Assembly (NCBI GenBank): GCA_963666985.2
Contig: CAXXIA010000001.1
Coordinates: 928,001 to 992,000, forward strand
Length of the DNA: 64,000 nucleotides
Source: Spirochaetia bacterium
GTDB taxonomy: Bacteria; Spirochaetota; Spirochaetia; DSM-2461
Reading direction: 5' to 3'
Shown here: positions 1 to 9,773 of the stretch, piece by piece
How positions within the stretch are numbered: position 1 is the first letter of the stretch
Layout: each line of letters starts with the position of its first letter
Position numbers and translations under genes: made by a program
Notes under the pieces: generated by a model
The model's database searches: none
Told to the model about the DNA's origin: nothing
Seen by the model: the letters and a program-made list of their open reading frames with translations, nothing else

Positions 1-3000
1 GAAATCAAGGATACTTTTCCGAAGGTTACCTGAACGGTTCCTTTTCGCTCTTGAAGCGAAGTGATTTTCAGCTTTTTGCAAATAATGCGAATCTCCGAAA
101 GGGATAAAAGACTGTGAACTTCATCGGGAAGCGGACCGAATCGATCATGGAGTTCGGCGTGAAGAGACTCCAAATCGGCATCATACTGAACGGCCGCGAT
201 TTTTTTGTAGACTTCCATCTTTTCGGATTCATCGCTGATGTAGGAATCGGGAATGAATCCCGAATAATCAAGTTCGAGCACCAGTTCGGGAACGTCCTCT
301 TCCTCATCTTCTTCGGTTTTCGAGCGTATGGCCTCTTCAAGGAGTTTGAGATAAAGATCGAATCCGACGGCGTACACGTCACCGGATTGCTGCGGACCGA
401 GCAGATTCCCGGCTCCGCGAACTTCCAAGTCTTTCATCGCGATTTTAAATCCGCTTCCCAATTCGGTGAAATCGCTGATTATCTGGAGTCTTTTCATGGC
501 CAGCTCACTGATTTCACGGCCGTCCGGATAAAGAAGGTAGGCGTATGCCAAACGGCTCGATCGTCCCACTCTTCCCCTGAGCTGATAAAGCTGGCTGATG
601 CCGTACATGTCGGCCCGATCGATAAGAATGGTGTTGACGTTCGGAATATCGATTCCGTTTTCAATGATGGTCGTCGACACAAGAACCTGAAAGGCTCCAT
701 GGATAAACCGATGCATAATATCTTCAAGCTGACGCGGAGACATCTTACCGTGTGCCGTTTCAATGAAAACCTCCGGAACGAGATCGCGGAGAAAGAGCTG
801 GGTGCGCTCCAGACTTTCAACACGGTTGTGGAGATAAAACACCTGCCCTCCCCGCTCCACTTCGCGGCGTATGGCCTTGGCTATGAGATCGGCGTCAAAT
901 TCCTGTATGAAGGTTTCAATGGGCCTTCTGTTGCTTGGAGCGGTTTTCAGCAGCGACATGTCTCTGATTTTCACCAAAGACATATGAAGAGTTCTGGGAA
1001 TGGGAGTCGCGGAAAGGGTCAGACAGTCGACATTGGCTTTGAGTTCCTTGAGCCGCTCTTTATCTTTCACGCCGAAACGCTGCTCTTCGTCTATGATAAT
1101 CAGTCCCATATTTTTGAGCTTAACGTCTTTGGACAAGATTCTGTGCGTCCCGATAACGATGTCCACATCACCTTCGGTGAGTCCTTTGAGGACGCGTTTC
1201 CGTTCGGCGGGCGCGACAAATCGGCTCAGCATGCCTACCGTTACCGGGAAGCGCTTGAAACGCTCGGTGAAACTCTCATGGTGCTGTTCGGCAAGGATCG
1301 TTGTCGGGCAGAGGTATGCCACCTGACGGCCGCCCATAACCGCCTTGAAAGCCGCCCGCATCGCGATTTCCGTTTTTCCGTAGCCCACATCTCCGCAAAT
1401 TAAGCGGTCCATCGGTTTGGGCGATTCCATATCGGCTTTCACGTCCGCGATCGCCGTAAGCTGATCGTCGGTTTCCTGCCAGGGAAAAGCCGCTTCAAAA
1501 CTCACCTGAAAATCATCGTCCTTGGGAAAGGCATAGCCGGCGGCCGTCTGCCGGCGCGCATAGAGCTTGATCAGCCGGTCGGCAAGATCGGCAACGGATT
1601 TTTTAACCTTATCCTTCTTCTTTTCCCAGGAAGGTCCGCCGATACGGTCGAGCTTGGGAGCTCTCCCTTCCTGGCCGATATAGCGCTGAACCAGATTGAC
1701 CTGTTCGATGGGGATGAAAACTGTCTCATCTCCGGAATATTCAAGGGTGATGTAATCGCGTTCGGCTCCCGCCGTTTTGATACGCTTAATGCCGAGAAAA
1801 CGTCCGATGCCATGATTAAGATGAACAACAAGGTCGCCGGGATCCAAATCGACAAACGACTCAATAACGCTGCTTTTCGCCTTTGCGACCGAAGAAGGAG
1901 CCTTTTTCCGTCTGCCGAAAATTTCGTTTTCCTGCAGAACCATGATACGCGCCTGCGGAAGCAGAAAGCCCGCCGAAAGCGCCGCCGGTCCCACAAGGAC
2001 ATTTTCATGATCGCGAAGGAGATACCCTATTCTCTGCGCCTGCGATTCACTCTCGGCGAAAACGAAAATTTCATAGCCGGATTCATTAAGAGACGTGAAC
2101 TCTTCTTTGAGGTATGCGATATTTCCGAAAAACGAACGCCCCGGTTCGCATCCCACATTATATCCGCCGGTATCATCATCTTTTTTAACCGCATGGAAGA
2201 TAAGGCGTCTTTCTTTGGAATCGACGAAATCTTTCAGTCCGCTTACCAGTGTTTCGGGCTCGGGGACGGCTAAGCCGTCCATCACGGCATCGGAATGGAG
2301 TTTCTCATACTCCTTGAGCATGTTCGACTCGGCGAGTTCCAGCCGTTCAATGTCAAGAAAAACGGTAACGGATCGATCCGGAAGATAATCCTGAAGCGTT
2401 GCCGGATTCCGAAAAGCCAAGGGATAGAATAATTCTTCTCCGCGCCAATCCCTGCCCGTTTCCAGAGCCTCAAGGACTTCGGTGTATTCTTCACCGTGAA
2501 GAACCGACTTGAGTCTTTCCAGCTTCTGGTTATCCCAAATCAATTCCCTTAAGGGGTGCAGAATCACATGCTCGGCCGATCCGACCGAGGCTTGGGTGAG
2601 CGGATCAAAAAGCCGGATGTCTTCCACTTCATCCCAGGCAAAGACAATACGGACGGCATTCTCTTCACCGACGGGAGCAACATCCAGAACCTCGCCGCGC
2701 AGGGCGAATTCTCCGGGAACGCTGACCCTGGAAACACGGGTGTAGCCGTATTTCTGCAGCGACTCTTCTATTTCGACCGGATCGATTTTTCCGCCCTTTT
2801 TCAGACGAATCAAAGCGCCGGAGATTTCGGAAGGAGGAGGCAAAAGGCCGAGAGCCGCTCTTAGAGAGGTAACGATAATACGCCGTTCCTTCGATGCCAG
2901 TTCGGACAGTACGGTAGCCCGCTTGCCGAAGACGGAAGCCTGGGGAGAAACGCCTCTGTAGAGCATTGTTCCCCACCAAGGGAAAAACGATACGTCGTCC

Positions 3001-3236
3001 GTGAAAAGAGAAAGATCCGAAGCCAGAGAACGGGCTTCGGTTTCATCGGAGGCAATAACGAGTATCGCGCCTCCGGTTACATCGGCCAATTTGGAAAGGA
3101 GGACGGCCGTCCAGGAACCGCGCGCACCGAAGGCCTCAAGGGGAAAGCGCCCATCGGCCCAATCGGTACGAAGATTTTTCCAATCCGGTATGGTTTTTAA
3201 TGCGTTGTTTAAAGATGATTTGAATTGATTCAGCAT
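1..3236 (-). CDS. mfd: Transcription-repair coupling factor (runs off the left edge; not in the ORF track)
   Basis: Manual minus-strand translation from ATG at 3236 (MLNQFKSS...). It includes the helicase motifs GDVGYGKT and DEEQRFG, LYQLRGRVGRS, and the TRCF C-terminal segment DRFGPLPDEV. Confidence 0.95.
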   Translation of the reverse strand, partial: MLNQFKSSLNNALKTIPDWKNLRTDWADGRFPLEAFGARGSWTAVLLSKLADVTGGAILVIASDETEARSLASDLSLFTDDVSFFPWWGTMLYRGVSPQASVFGKRATVLSELASKERRIIVTSLRAALGLLPPPSEISGALIRLKKGGKIDPVEIEESLQKYGYTRVSRVSVPGEFALRGEVLDVAPVGEENAVRIVFAWDEVEDIRLFDPLTQASVGSAEHVILHPLRELIWDNQKLERLKSVLHGEEYTEVLEALETGRDWRGEELFYPLAFRNPATLQDYLPDRSVTVFLDIERLELAESNMLKEYEKLHSDAVMDGLAVPEPETLVSGLKDFVDSKERRLIFHAVKKDDDTGGYNVGCEPGRSFFGNIAYLKEEFTSLNESGYEIFVFAESESQAQRIGYLLRDHENVLVGPAALSAGFLLPQARIMVLQENEIFGRRKKAPSSVAKAKSSVIESFVDLDPGDLVVHLNHGIGRFLGIKRIKTAGAERDYITLEYSGDETVFIPIEQVNLVQRYIGQEGRAPKLDRIGGPSWEKKKDKVKKSVADLADRLIKLYARRQTAAGYAFPKDDDFQVSFEAAFPWQETDDQLTAIADVKADMESPKPMDRLICGDVGYGKTEIAMRAAFKAVMGGRQVAYLCPTTILAEQHHESFTERFKRFPVTVGMLSRFVAPAERKRVLKGLTEGDVDIVIGTHRILSKDVKLKNMGLIIIDEEQRFGVKDKERLKELKANVDCLTLSATPIPRTLHMSLVKIRDMSLLKTAPSNRRPIETFIQEFDADLIAKAIRREVERGGQVFYLHNRVESLERTQLFLRDLVPEVFIETAHGKMSPRQLEDIMHRFIHGAFQVLVSTTIIENGIDIPNVNTILIDRADMYGISQLYQLRGRVGRSSRLAYAYLLYPDGREISELAMKRLQIISDFTELGSGFKIAMKDLEVRGAGNLLGPQQSGDVYAVGFDLYLKLLEEAIRSKTEEDEEEDVPELVLELDYSGFIPDSYISDESEKMEVYKKIAAVQYDADLESLHAELHDRFGPLPDEVHSLLSLSEIRIICKKLKITSLQERKGTVQVTFGKVSLI

Positions 3237-3289
3237 AGAGACTTACCGATAAAGAACATGTAATACCCTAACCCTTTGAGGGGGGCCCA

Positions 3290-4648
3290 ATGGCACGTCG
3301 GTCAAAATTATTTCTTCTCATCGCCCTTATCGCGGCGGTTTCCGCATACGCGGATCGAACCGCCCAGACGATTCCGAGCTTCAGCATACGGTATCATGAC
3401 AAGAATATCTATTATCCGGGCGACGAAATCGAATTGAAGCTGACACTCAGCAATCCGTCCGATTCCGGAGAATCGGATATGACCTTCTACCTTGCCGACG
3501 ATGCCCGGCAAAGTTTCGGATTCGACCTCAGATCGCTCACGGGGGAACCGACGCCCCTGGCCGACGGATTCGCCGCCGCGTTAAATGATCGCGGAGCCTA
3601 CCGCGTGATTCATCTGGCGCCCGGTCAGGAATTGTCCATTACCGTTCCTCTGAATCGCTGGGCTAACCTTGCCGCCCCGGGACAGTACCGTCTGACGGGA
3701 TTCTTTTATCCCCGCCTCAGAGGAAGCGGAACAACCGCTTCCAGAGCGGATTCGGTTCTGGATCTTACCGTTATGCCCGATACGGAGCGCCGATGGCAGG
3801 ATGAAATGGACCGGAGCGTTCGCGAAGCCCTTATTCGGCGGGACATTGATCCTTGGCTTGTTGTTTCCGAAACCCTCTCCAACCGTAAAAGCGCCAAATA
3901 CAACAGGGCCATGCTGTATTTGGATACGGAATCCCTGGCAAGTGTCATCCCGACCGTCGGCGGCGCCGCACAGCTTGAACGGTCTCTTCTGGAGGGTTCC
4001 TGGAATGAAATACCGGGCTTTGAACATCCCGTTGAATCCTATGAACTGATGGCATCTCAGGTGTATCCCAGCGAAGCAACGGTCCTTATTCGGGCCGCCT
4101 ATCGTCCTTACGGAGAACTTTTTTCCCGCGATCTTCGCTTTTACCTGCATAAGGTTTCGGGATATTGGTCCATCAGACGCGTCGAAACCGTTAATGAAGA
4201 AGGCGTTGATCCGTCCCGATACGGAGCTTTGGATCTTAATCCGCCGGAAGTAGTCTCCGAACTCCTGGAGGCCGTTAAACGCGGTGATTGGGATATCGCT
4301 CTTCGATATTATGATACGACCGCTATAGTCAGGAGTCTTCCCGAATACATCGACGTTTGGAAAAACATGAGCGCCGGCGAGCATCGAAGAGCTTTGGACG
4401 AATACAGAAATCAGCTGATTTCCGGAAAAACGGATTCCGAGAGGGAACCTCTCGGCGACATCGACGATTGGTCCGTAAAACAAGTCTCGTATACGGAAGA
4501 AGAAGGAACCGTCGTCGTTGAAAATATCACCACTCATGCCACCGCTTCGGGACCGATGCGGCAGAAAACCATCTATACGTTCAGACTTGTAAGAGACGAC
4601 GATGATCAATGGATCGTCGTGCGATATGATACTGTTATAAGGAGATAA
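3290..4648 (+). CDS. Exported hypothetical protein: Ig-like N-terminal domain plus a duplicated C-terminal alpha/beta (NTF2-like?) domain
   Basis: 452 aa ORF with a GAGGGGG RBS and a signal peptide (..AVSAYA). Two similar segments: IDPWLVVSETL..RAMLYLD and LNPPEVVSELL..IALRYYD. Confidence 0.8.
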   Translation: MARRSKLFLLIALIAAVSAYADRTAQTIPSFSIRYHDKNIYYPGDEIELKLTLSNPSDSGESDMTFYLADDARQSFGFDLRSLTGEPTPLADGFAAALNDRGAYRVIHLAPGQELSITVPLNRWANLAAPGQYRLTGFFYPRLRGSGTTASRADSVLDLTVMPDTERRWQDEMDRSVREALIRRDIDPWLVVSETLSNRKSAKYNRAMLYLDTESLASVIPTVGGAAQLERSLLEGSWNEIPGFEHPVESYELMASQVYPSEATVLIRAAYRPYGELFSRDLRFYLHKVSGYWSIRRVETVNEEGVDPSRYGALDLNPPEVVSELLEAVKRGDWDIALRYYDTTAIVRSLPEYIDVWKNMSAGEHRRALDEYRNQLISGKTDSEREPLGDIDDWSVKQVSYTEEEGTVVVENITTHATASGPMRQKTIYTFRLVRDDDDQWIVVRYDTVIRR

Positions 4649-4653
4649 TCCGG

Positions 4654-5367
4654 GTGATTATACTGATCGTTGCTCAGGACACAACACTCAAAAATCGGTT
4701 CGAGTCTTTTTTCGGAAGTCTCGGCTACAGAACCATACAATACACGCATCCTCTTAAAGCTCTCGATAATCTGGAGGAGATTCATCCGGATGTCGTTCTC
4801 TGCAGTTCTCTGGATTTTCCCCGTCACTGGAAACTTATCGCCAAGCAGCTGAGGGATACGCGCGGAAGAGACGACGCGGTGATTATCCTCACGGTTCCGG
4901 ATGATTTCGACTCGGAAGAGGCCGATAAGGCCGCGTTCCTCGGCGTGAACATTCTCTATCCGCAGAGACTGGAAACCGTTGAAGATTTCAGGATCCTCGA
5001 TTGCAGAATCAGCCGGTATAAAACTCCTCCCGACCGCAGCCGGGCGTTTACCTGGATTCCCGGAGGCGAGGAGAGAATTTCCTTTATTTTCAAACATCCT
5101 TTTGAATTCCGCATGATTTCGGGAAGATTCACCGAAATCACCCCGGCGGGCGGAGTTTTCAGGCCCGACGACCCGGGCGACCTTGCCGGATTGGAAATCG
5201 GGATGATTCTGGAAGCCGCCTCCATGCGGGCCGGGCATTCCCTGTTGTCCGTAAAATCCCGCATTATCAGAAACTCAGGGACTCTGACCTTGGCCTTTAT
5301 TGAATTCGACGGAGACGGATTTCGGAACCTATTGGATGAAATGAGTCTTCATGTCGCGACGATTTAG
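4654..5367 (+). CDS. Receiver-like domain plus PilZ-like domain protein (both appear degenerate)
   Basis: GTG start with AAGGAG RBS. The N-terminus has a REC-like pattern (ILIV..GY..PLKALDNLEEIHPDVVL); the C-terminus is beta-rich and PilZ-like. Confidence 0.7.
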   Translation: MIILIVAQDTTLKNRFESFFGSLGYRTIQYTHPLKALDNLEEIHPDVVLCSSLDFPRHWKLIAKQLRDTRGRDDAVIILTVPDDFDSEEADKAAFLGVNILYPQRLETVEDFRILDCRISRYKTPPDRSRAFTWIPGGEERISFIFKHPFEFRMISGRFTEITPAGGVFRPDDPGDLAGLEIGMILEAASMRAGHSLLSVKSRIIRNSGTLTLAFIEFDGDGFRNLLDEMSLHVATI

Positions 5368-5440
5368 ATAAAAACCATAGTGATTCCTAATAAACCGTGT
5401 ATTTATCAATGTTTATTCGTATTACTTATCGCTTAAATCC

Positions 5441-5470
5441 TTGACGCTTGTTTCACCGAATCGTTAAAAT
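5441..5470 (+). promoter_or_regulatory. Sigma70-type promoter of metK, probably leaderless
   Basis: TTGACG (5441-5446), 18 nt, TAAAAT (5465-5470), then 6 nt to the ATG; no SD sequence. Confidence 0.7.
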
Positions 5471-5476
5471 TTCTTT

Positions 5477-6640
5477 ATGAGCAAACGAAGCAATTATATA
5501 TTCACCTCGGAAAGCGTCGGCGAAGGACATCCCGACAAGTTGTGCGATCTTATTTCCGATGCCGTACTCGATAAAGCACTCGCGTCCGATCCCGAATCAC
5601 GGGTTGCGTGTGAATGCTTTTCTTCAACCGGACTTATCCTTGTCGGCGGTGAAATAACCACCGAAGGTTATATCGATATTATTCAGTGTGCCAAGGAAGT
5701 CCTTGAAGATGTCGGTTATGACGACCCGGACGACGGTATCGACAGCAAATCCTGTTCCGTTATTTCTGTGATCAAACCCCAGTCGGACGACATTTCGGTC
5801 GGCGTTACGGCGGATGCGGGACTTCATAAGGAACAGGGTGCCGGCGACCAGGGCATGATGTTCGGATATGCCTGCAGGCAAACCGAAGAACTGATGCCCG
5901 CGCCCATTCAATTTTCCCATTCCATCATGAAGAAAGCGGCCGAAGTCAGAAAATCCGGGACTCTTGATTTTCTCAGACCCGACGGGAAATGTCAGGTTAC
6001 CGTCCGTTATGAAGATAAGAAGCCGGTTCATATCGATACCGTGGTTCTTTCACATCAGCACAGAATGGAAGCATCCTATAACGATATCAGGGAAGGTTTG
6101 ATTGAAACCGTTATTAAACCCTCCCTTCCCGAATATCTTCTTTCCGATAAAACGATCTTTCATATTAATCCCACCGGCCGTTTCGTTATCGGCGGCCCCA
6201 AGGGGGATTCCGGTCTGACGGGCAGAAAAATCATCGTGGACACTTACGGCGGTTATGCCCGGCACGGAGGCGGAGCGTTCTCGGGAAAAGATCCTTCGAA
6301 AGTCGACCGCTCGGCCGCATACATGGCCCGATATATCGCCAAGAATCTTGTTGCTTCGGGTATCGCCGATGAAGCCGAGGTGGAAATCGCTTATGCCATC
6401 GGGGTTTCCGAGCCGGTTTCCATATATGTTGAAATGGAAGGAACATCGGAAGCGGAAATCGCCAAGATTGAAGAAATTATTCCGAAAGTCTTCAATCTGA
6501 CACCGTCGGGCATTATCAGTTCCCTCGATTTAAAAAGACCCATCTACTATCCGACCGCGGCATACGGTCATTTCGGCAGGAATGAATTTCCCTGGGAAAA
6601 AACCGATAAGGTGGACGAACTCAGGGCCGCACTAGGCTGA
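5477..6640 (+). CDS. metK: S-adenosylmethionine synthetase
   Basis: [30 protein letters not shown] and [16 protein letters not shown] motifs. Confidence 0.98.
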   Translation: MSKRSNYIFTSESVGEGHPDKLCDLISDAVLDKALASDPESRVACECFSSTGLILVGGEITTEGYIDIIQCAKEVLEDVGYDDPDDGIDSKSCSVISVIKPQSDDISVGVTADAGLHKEQGAGDQGMMFGYACRQTEELMPAPIQFSHSIMKKAAEVRKSGTLDFLRPDGKCQVTVRYEDKKPVHIDTVVLSHQHRMEASYNDIREGLIETVIKPSLPEYLLSDKTIFHINPTGRFVIGGPKGDSGLTGRKIIVDTYGGYARHGGGAFSGKDPSKVDRSAAYMARYIAKNLVASGIADEAEVEIAYAIGVSEPVSIYVEMEGTSEAEIAKIEEIIPKVFNLTPSGIISSLDLKRPIYYPTAAYGHFGRNEFPWEKTDKVDELRAALG

Positions 6641-6644
6641 AAGA

Positions 6645-7625
6645 ATGTCCGCGGAGGCGCTTTGGTGGAAAGATGAAGGCGGCTTTGTCCGCTGTTTCCT
6701 CTGCCCGCATTCTTGTGTGCTCCGAGAAGGCGAAATCGGTCTCTGCGGCGTTCGAAAAGCTTCCCGTCGGGAACTGACCCTCCCCGGCTATGGTTATATA
6801 ACCGCCGAGGCGGCCGATCCCATTGAAAAGAAACCTCTTTACCATTTTTTCCCCGGCCGGTCGGTCTGGTCGATTGGATTCGCGGGCTGTAATTTCAAGT
6901 GCCCGTTCTGCCAGAATCATCAAATTGCGCGCGCACCGGCCGGAGTCGGACGGCCGAGAACTCCCGAGGAGGTGGTCTTTTCGGCCCTCCAATCCGAATC
7001 CCGAATGATTGCCTACACGTATTCGGAACCCACGGTTCATTACGAATTTGTTTTTGAAACGGCCGAGAAAGCCTCTTGCAAGGGTTTGAAGAATGTTTTG
7101 GTCACCAACGGCGGAATCAATCCGGGGCCGGCCGCAGACCTATTGGATTTAATGGACGCGGTGAATATCGATCTGAAATCTTGGAACGCCGAATATTACC
7201 GCGATGTTCTGGGAGGGAATCTTGCAACGGTTCGCCGGTTTATTGAGAGTTCCGTTGAGCGCTGCTGGACCGAGCTGACCACTCTCGTGGTACCGGGTGA
7301 TAACGACGAGGAAGCCGATATCGCCGAGATGTGTTCTTGGATCGCTTCCTTGTCGAAAGACATCCCGGTTCATCTTTCGGCTTACCATCCCGCCTACAGG
7401 TACACACGCGGCGGAACGGGAGCCGAAACTCTGGCGCGTCTTTATGAAAAGGCTAAGGAAAAATTGAATTATGTATATGTCGGGAATCTCGGCTGGGAAA
7501 ACAACACCCGGTGTTCCTCCTGCGGAAACACGGTAATCGAAAGAAAGTTCTATGCGGCGAGGAACAACCTGAACGGGAATCTTTGTCCGCAATGCGGTTC
7601 GATGATTCCCGGCGTGTTCTCATAG
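6645..7625 (+). CDS. amrS: AmmeMemoRadiSam system radical SAM enzyme
   Basis: N-terminal CxxCxxxC..GxCGVR, DPIEKKPLYHF, radical-SAM motif GCNFKCPFCQN, AYTYSEP, C-terminal CxxC pairs. Confidence 0.88.
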   Translation: MSAEALWWKDEGGFVRCFLCPHSCVLREGEIGLCGVRKASRRELTLPGYGYITAEAADPIEKKPLYHFFPGRSVWSIGFAGCNFKCPFCQNHQIARAPAGVGRPRTPEEVVFSALQSESRMIAYTYSEPTVHYEFVFETAEKASCKGLKNVLVTNGGINPGPAADLLDLMDAVNIDLKSWNAEYYRDVLGGNLATVRRFIESSVERCWTELTTLVVPGDNDEEADIAEMCSWIASLSKDIPVHLSAYHPAYRYTRGGTGAETLARLYEKAKEKLNYVYVGNLGWENNTRCSSCGNTVIERKFYAARNNLNGNLCPQCGSMIPGVFS

Positions 7626-7664
7626 AAACCGTCCGCCGAATTCATCGAACCCGATGCTGCTTTT

Positions 7665-8507
7665 TCAAGTTCTTTTGGAGATGGAAAAGGTCAGCCGATC
7701 GATGATGATGGCCAAAAAGACGATACTGATTCCGGCTTCAAAACCGCGTCCCACTTCGATTCTGTTGATGGAAAGCAATACTTCCATTCCCAAACCTTTG
7801 GCTCCGATCATGGATCCGATAACAACCATGGCGAGAGCCATCATCGTGGTTTGATTGATGCCCACCATGATGGAAGGCTTTGCCAAAGGCAATTGTACGT
7901 CCAAGAGAACTTGCTTGCGTTTCGCTCCGAACGCTTTGGCCGCTTCAACGGCTTCCGGATCCACGGTACGGATTCCGACATTCGTAAGTCTGATAACCGG
8001 CGGAACGGCATAAATAATCGTTGCGATAACCGCCGGTACCCGTCCCAGGCCGAAAAACATGAGTGCCGGTATAAGATAGACAAAACTCGGCATCGTCTGC
8101 ATGGCATCAAGAACGGGTTTCAGGATTGATTCCGTCCGATCTCTTTGGGCCATGGCGATTCCGGTGGGAATACCGATGAGAAGCGAAAAAAGAACCGAGG
8201 CGGAGACAAGACTGAGTGTTTTCATCGCCAGTTCCCAATACCCGAAACAGCCGATGAGAAAAAGCATCAGAGCCATAACGATTCCCATGGAAAGACTTTT
8301 CAGCATTTTCCATCCCGCGAAGAAGATTAAAGGGATGAAAAGAAACCAGGGGATAACCGTAAAAATATATTCAAAGCCGAGCATGACTTTGAGAATGATC
8401 CATCCTACGGCGTCAAAGAACCCGTCAAGATGAACCAGCAGCCAGGACATGGCCGCGTCAATCCAATCCCTTAAGGGAATGCGGACGATTTCCGGAAACT
8501 CAATCAT
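7665..8507 (-). CDS. proW: Glycine betaine/proline-type ABC transporter permease (ProW-like)
   Basis: PVLDAMQTMPSFVYLIP, EAA loop, GINQTTMMALAMVVI. Start at 8507 chosen from GGAGG spacing. Confidence 0.9.
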   Translation of the reverse strand: MIEFPEIVRIPLRDWIDAAMSWLLVHLDGFFDAVGWIILKVMLGFEYIFTVIPWFLFIPLIFFAGWKMLKSLSMGIVMALMLFLIGCFGYWELAMKTLSLVSASVLFSLLIGIPTGIAMAQRDRTESILKPVLDAMQTMPSFVYLIPALMFFGLGRVPAVIATIIYAVPPVIRLTNVGIRTVDPEAVEAAKAFGAKRKQVLLDVQLPLAKPSIMVGINQTTMMALAMVVIGSMIGAKGLGMEVLLSINRIEVGRGFEAGISIVFLAIIIDRLTFSISKRT

Positions 8508-9765
8508 CACCATCACCTCCGTTCGGACTTATGGCCTCAAAAATATCATCGGTTTTCACGATGCCGAGCAGACGGCCCGATTCGGAAACAACGGGAATCG
8601 GATACGGATTGGCCGTAACGATGCTGAAAAGATCTTCCAAAACCGTATCTTCTCCGACGGAGGGTACTTCTTTAACAACCGGGGGCTTCAGCTTGGCTTT
8701 TTCCGGATCTTCAACATCGTTCTGAAATTTCTCAAGTCGTGCTTGGTTGGCAACCCCAAGGAGTCGGTGTTTCTGATCCACCACGAAGGCTCCCTGTCTG
8801 TTATTCTTCTTGAGGATTGTGAGAGCTGTTTTCGGTCCTTCCCAGGAGTAAAGAAGAACTTCCGGGTCAAGCATGATTTTTCCGGCGGTAACGACTTTCG
8901 CCGGCGATGCGTCATGAACGAATTCACGAACATAATCATCGGCGGGCTCGGTGACGATTTCTTCGGGCGTTCCGATTTGGGCAACTTCTCCGTCGTGGAG
9001 AATGGCGATGCGGTCGCCCAGTTTTAAGGCTTCGGATAAATCATGAGTTACAAAAACGATGGTTTTCTGAAGTTTTTCCTGCAGCTCGATGAATTCATCC
9101 TGCATCTGCCTGCGAATAAGCGGGTCCAAACCGCTGAACGGTTCATCCATAAGGAGAATATCGGGATTGTTGGCCAAGGCTCTGGCAAGACCGACTCGCT
9201 GCTGCATTCCTCCGGATAAGCTTCCCGGATAATAATCTTCCCAGCCTTTGAGGCCGACGGTTTCCAGAGCCTGCATGGCTTTGGCGTACTGCTCTCCTTT
9301 CGGAATACGCCTTACTTTAAGTCCGAAAGCGGCGTTATCCAGAACCGTCAGGTGCGGAAGAAGTCCGTAATGCTGAAAAACCATTCCAAAGGTGTCTTTG
9401 CGAAAATCCAGAAGATCATTTTCGGAAAGCTTGGTAATGTTGCGCTCTTTTATGAATATTTTACCCGCGGTCGGATTGATTAGGCGGATGATATTTCGAA
9501 TCAGAGTTGATTTCCCGCTTCCGGAAAGGCCCATGATGATGAAAAATTCACCTTTCTTAACGGAGAAATCGACATTTCTCAGCCCGATGATATTGCCGGT
9601 TTTCTTTTGGATTTCTTCCTTGCTCTGATGCGCGTATTTAGCGGCGGTGATTCTTTTGGGATCCCTGCCGAAGACCTTCCATAGGCCTTCCACGCGAATG
9701 ATTTCTTCCGGAACGGAAGAAGCGGCCGTTGCCGCCTCTTCCGCCGCTTCAGGCGACAGTTCCAT
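8500..9765 (-). CDS. proV: Glycine betaine/proline-type ABC ATPase with C-terminal CBS domains (ProV-like)
   Basis: GLSGSGKST, LSGGMQQRVGLARAL, LMDEPFSGLDPLIR, CBS-like tail. Confidence 0.92.
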   Translation of the reverse strand: MELSPEAAEEAATAASSVPEEIIRVEGLWKVFGRDPKRITAAKYAHQSKEEIQKKTGNIIGLRNVDFSVKKGEFFIIMGLSGSGKSTLIRNIIRLINPTAGKIFIKERNITKLSENDLLDFRKDTFGMVFQHYGLLPHLTVLDNAAFGLKVRRIPKGEQYAKAMQALETVGLKGWEDYYPGSLSGGMQQRVGLARALANNPDILLMDEPFSGLDPLIRRQMQDEFIELQEKLQKTIVFVTHDLSEALKLGDRIAILHDGEVAQIGTPEEIVTEPADDYVREFVHDASPAKVVTAGKIMLDPEVLLYSWEGPKTALTILKKNNRQGAFVVDQKHRLLGVANQARLEKFQNDVEDPEKAKLKPPVVKEVPSVGEDTVLEDLFSIVTANPYPIPVVSESGRLLGIVKTDDIFEAISPNGGDGDD

Positions 9766-9773
9766 GTGCCGTC

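Noticed and set aside
114..1403. 429-aa plus-strand ORF and other ORFs within 1-3230
   Set aside because: Antisense shadow of mfd, which is missing from the ORF track only because it runs off the window edge. No protein-family motifs.
3581..5238. 342-aa and 210-aa minus-strand ORFs
   Set aside because: Antisense to two well-formed plus-strand genes that have RBSs.
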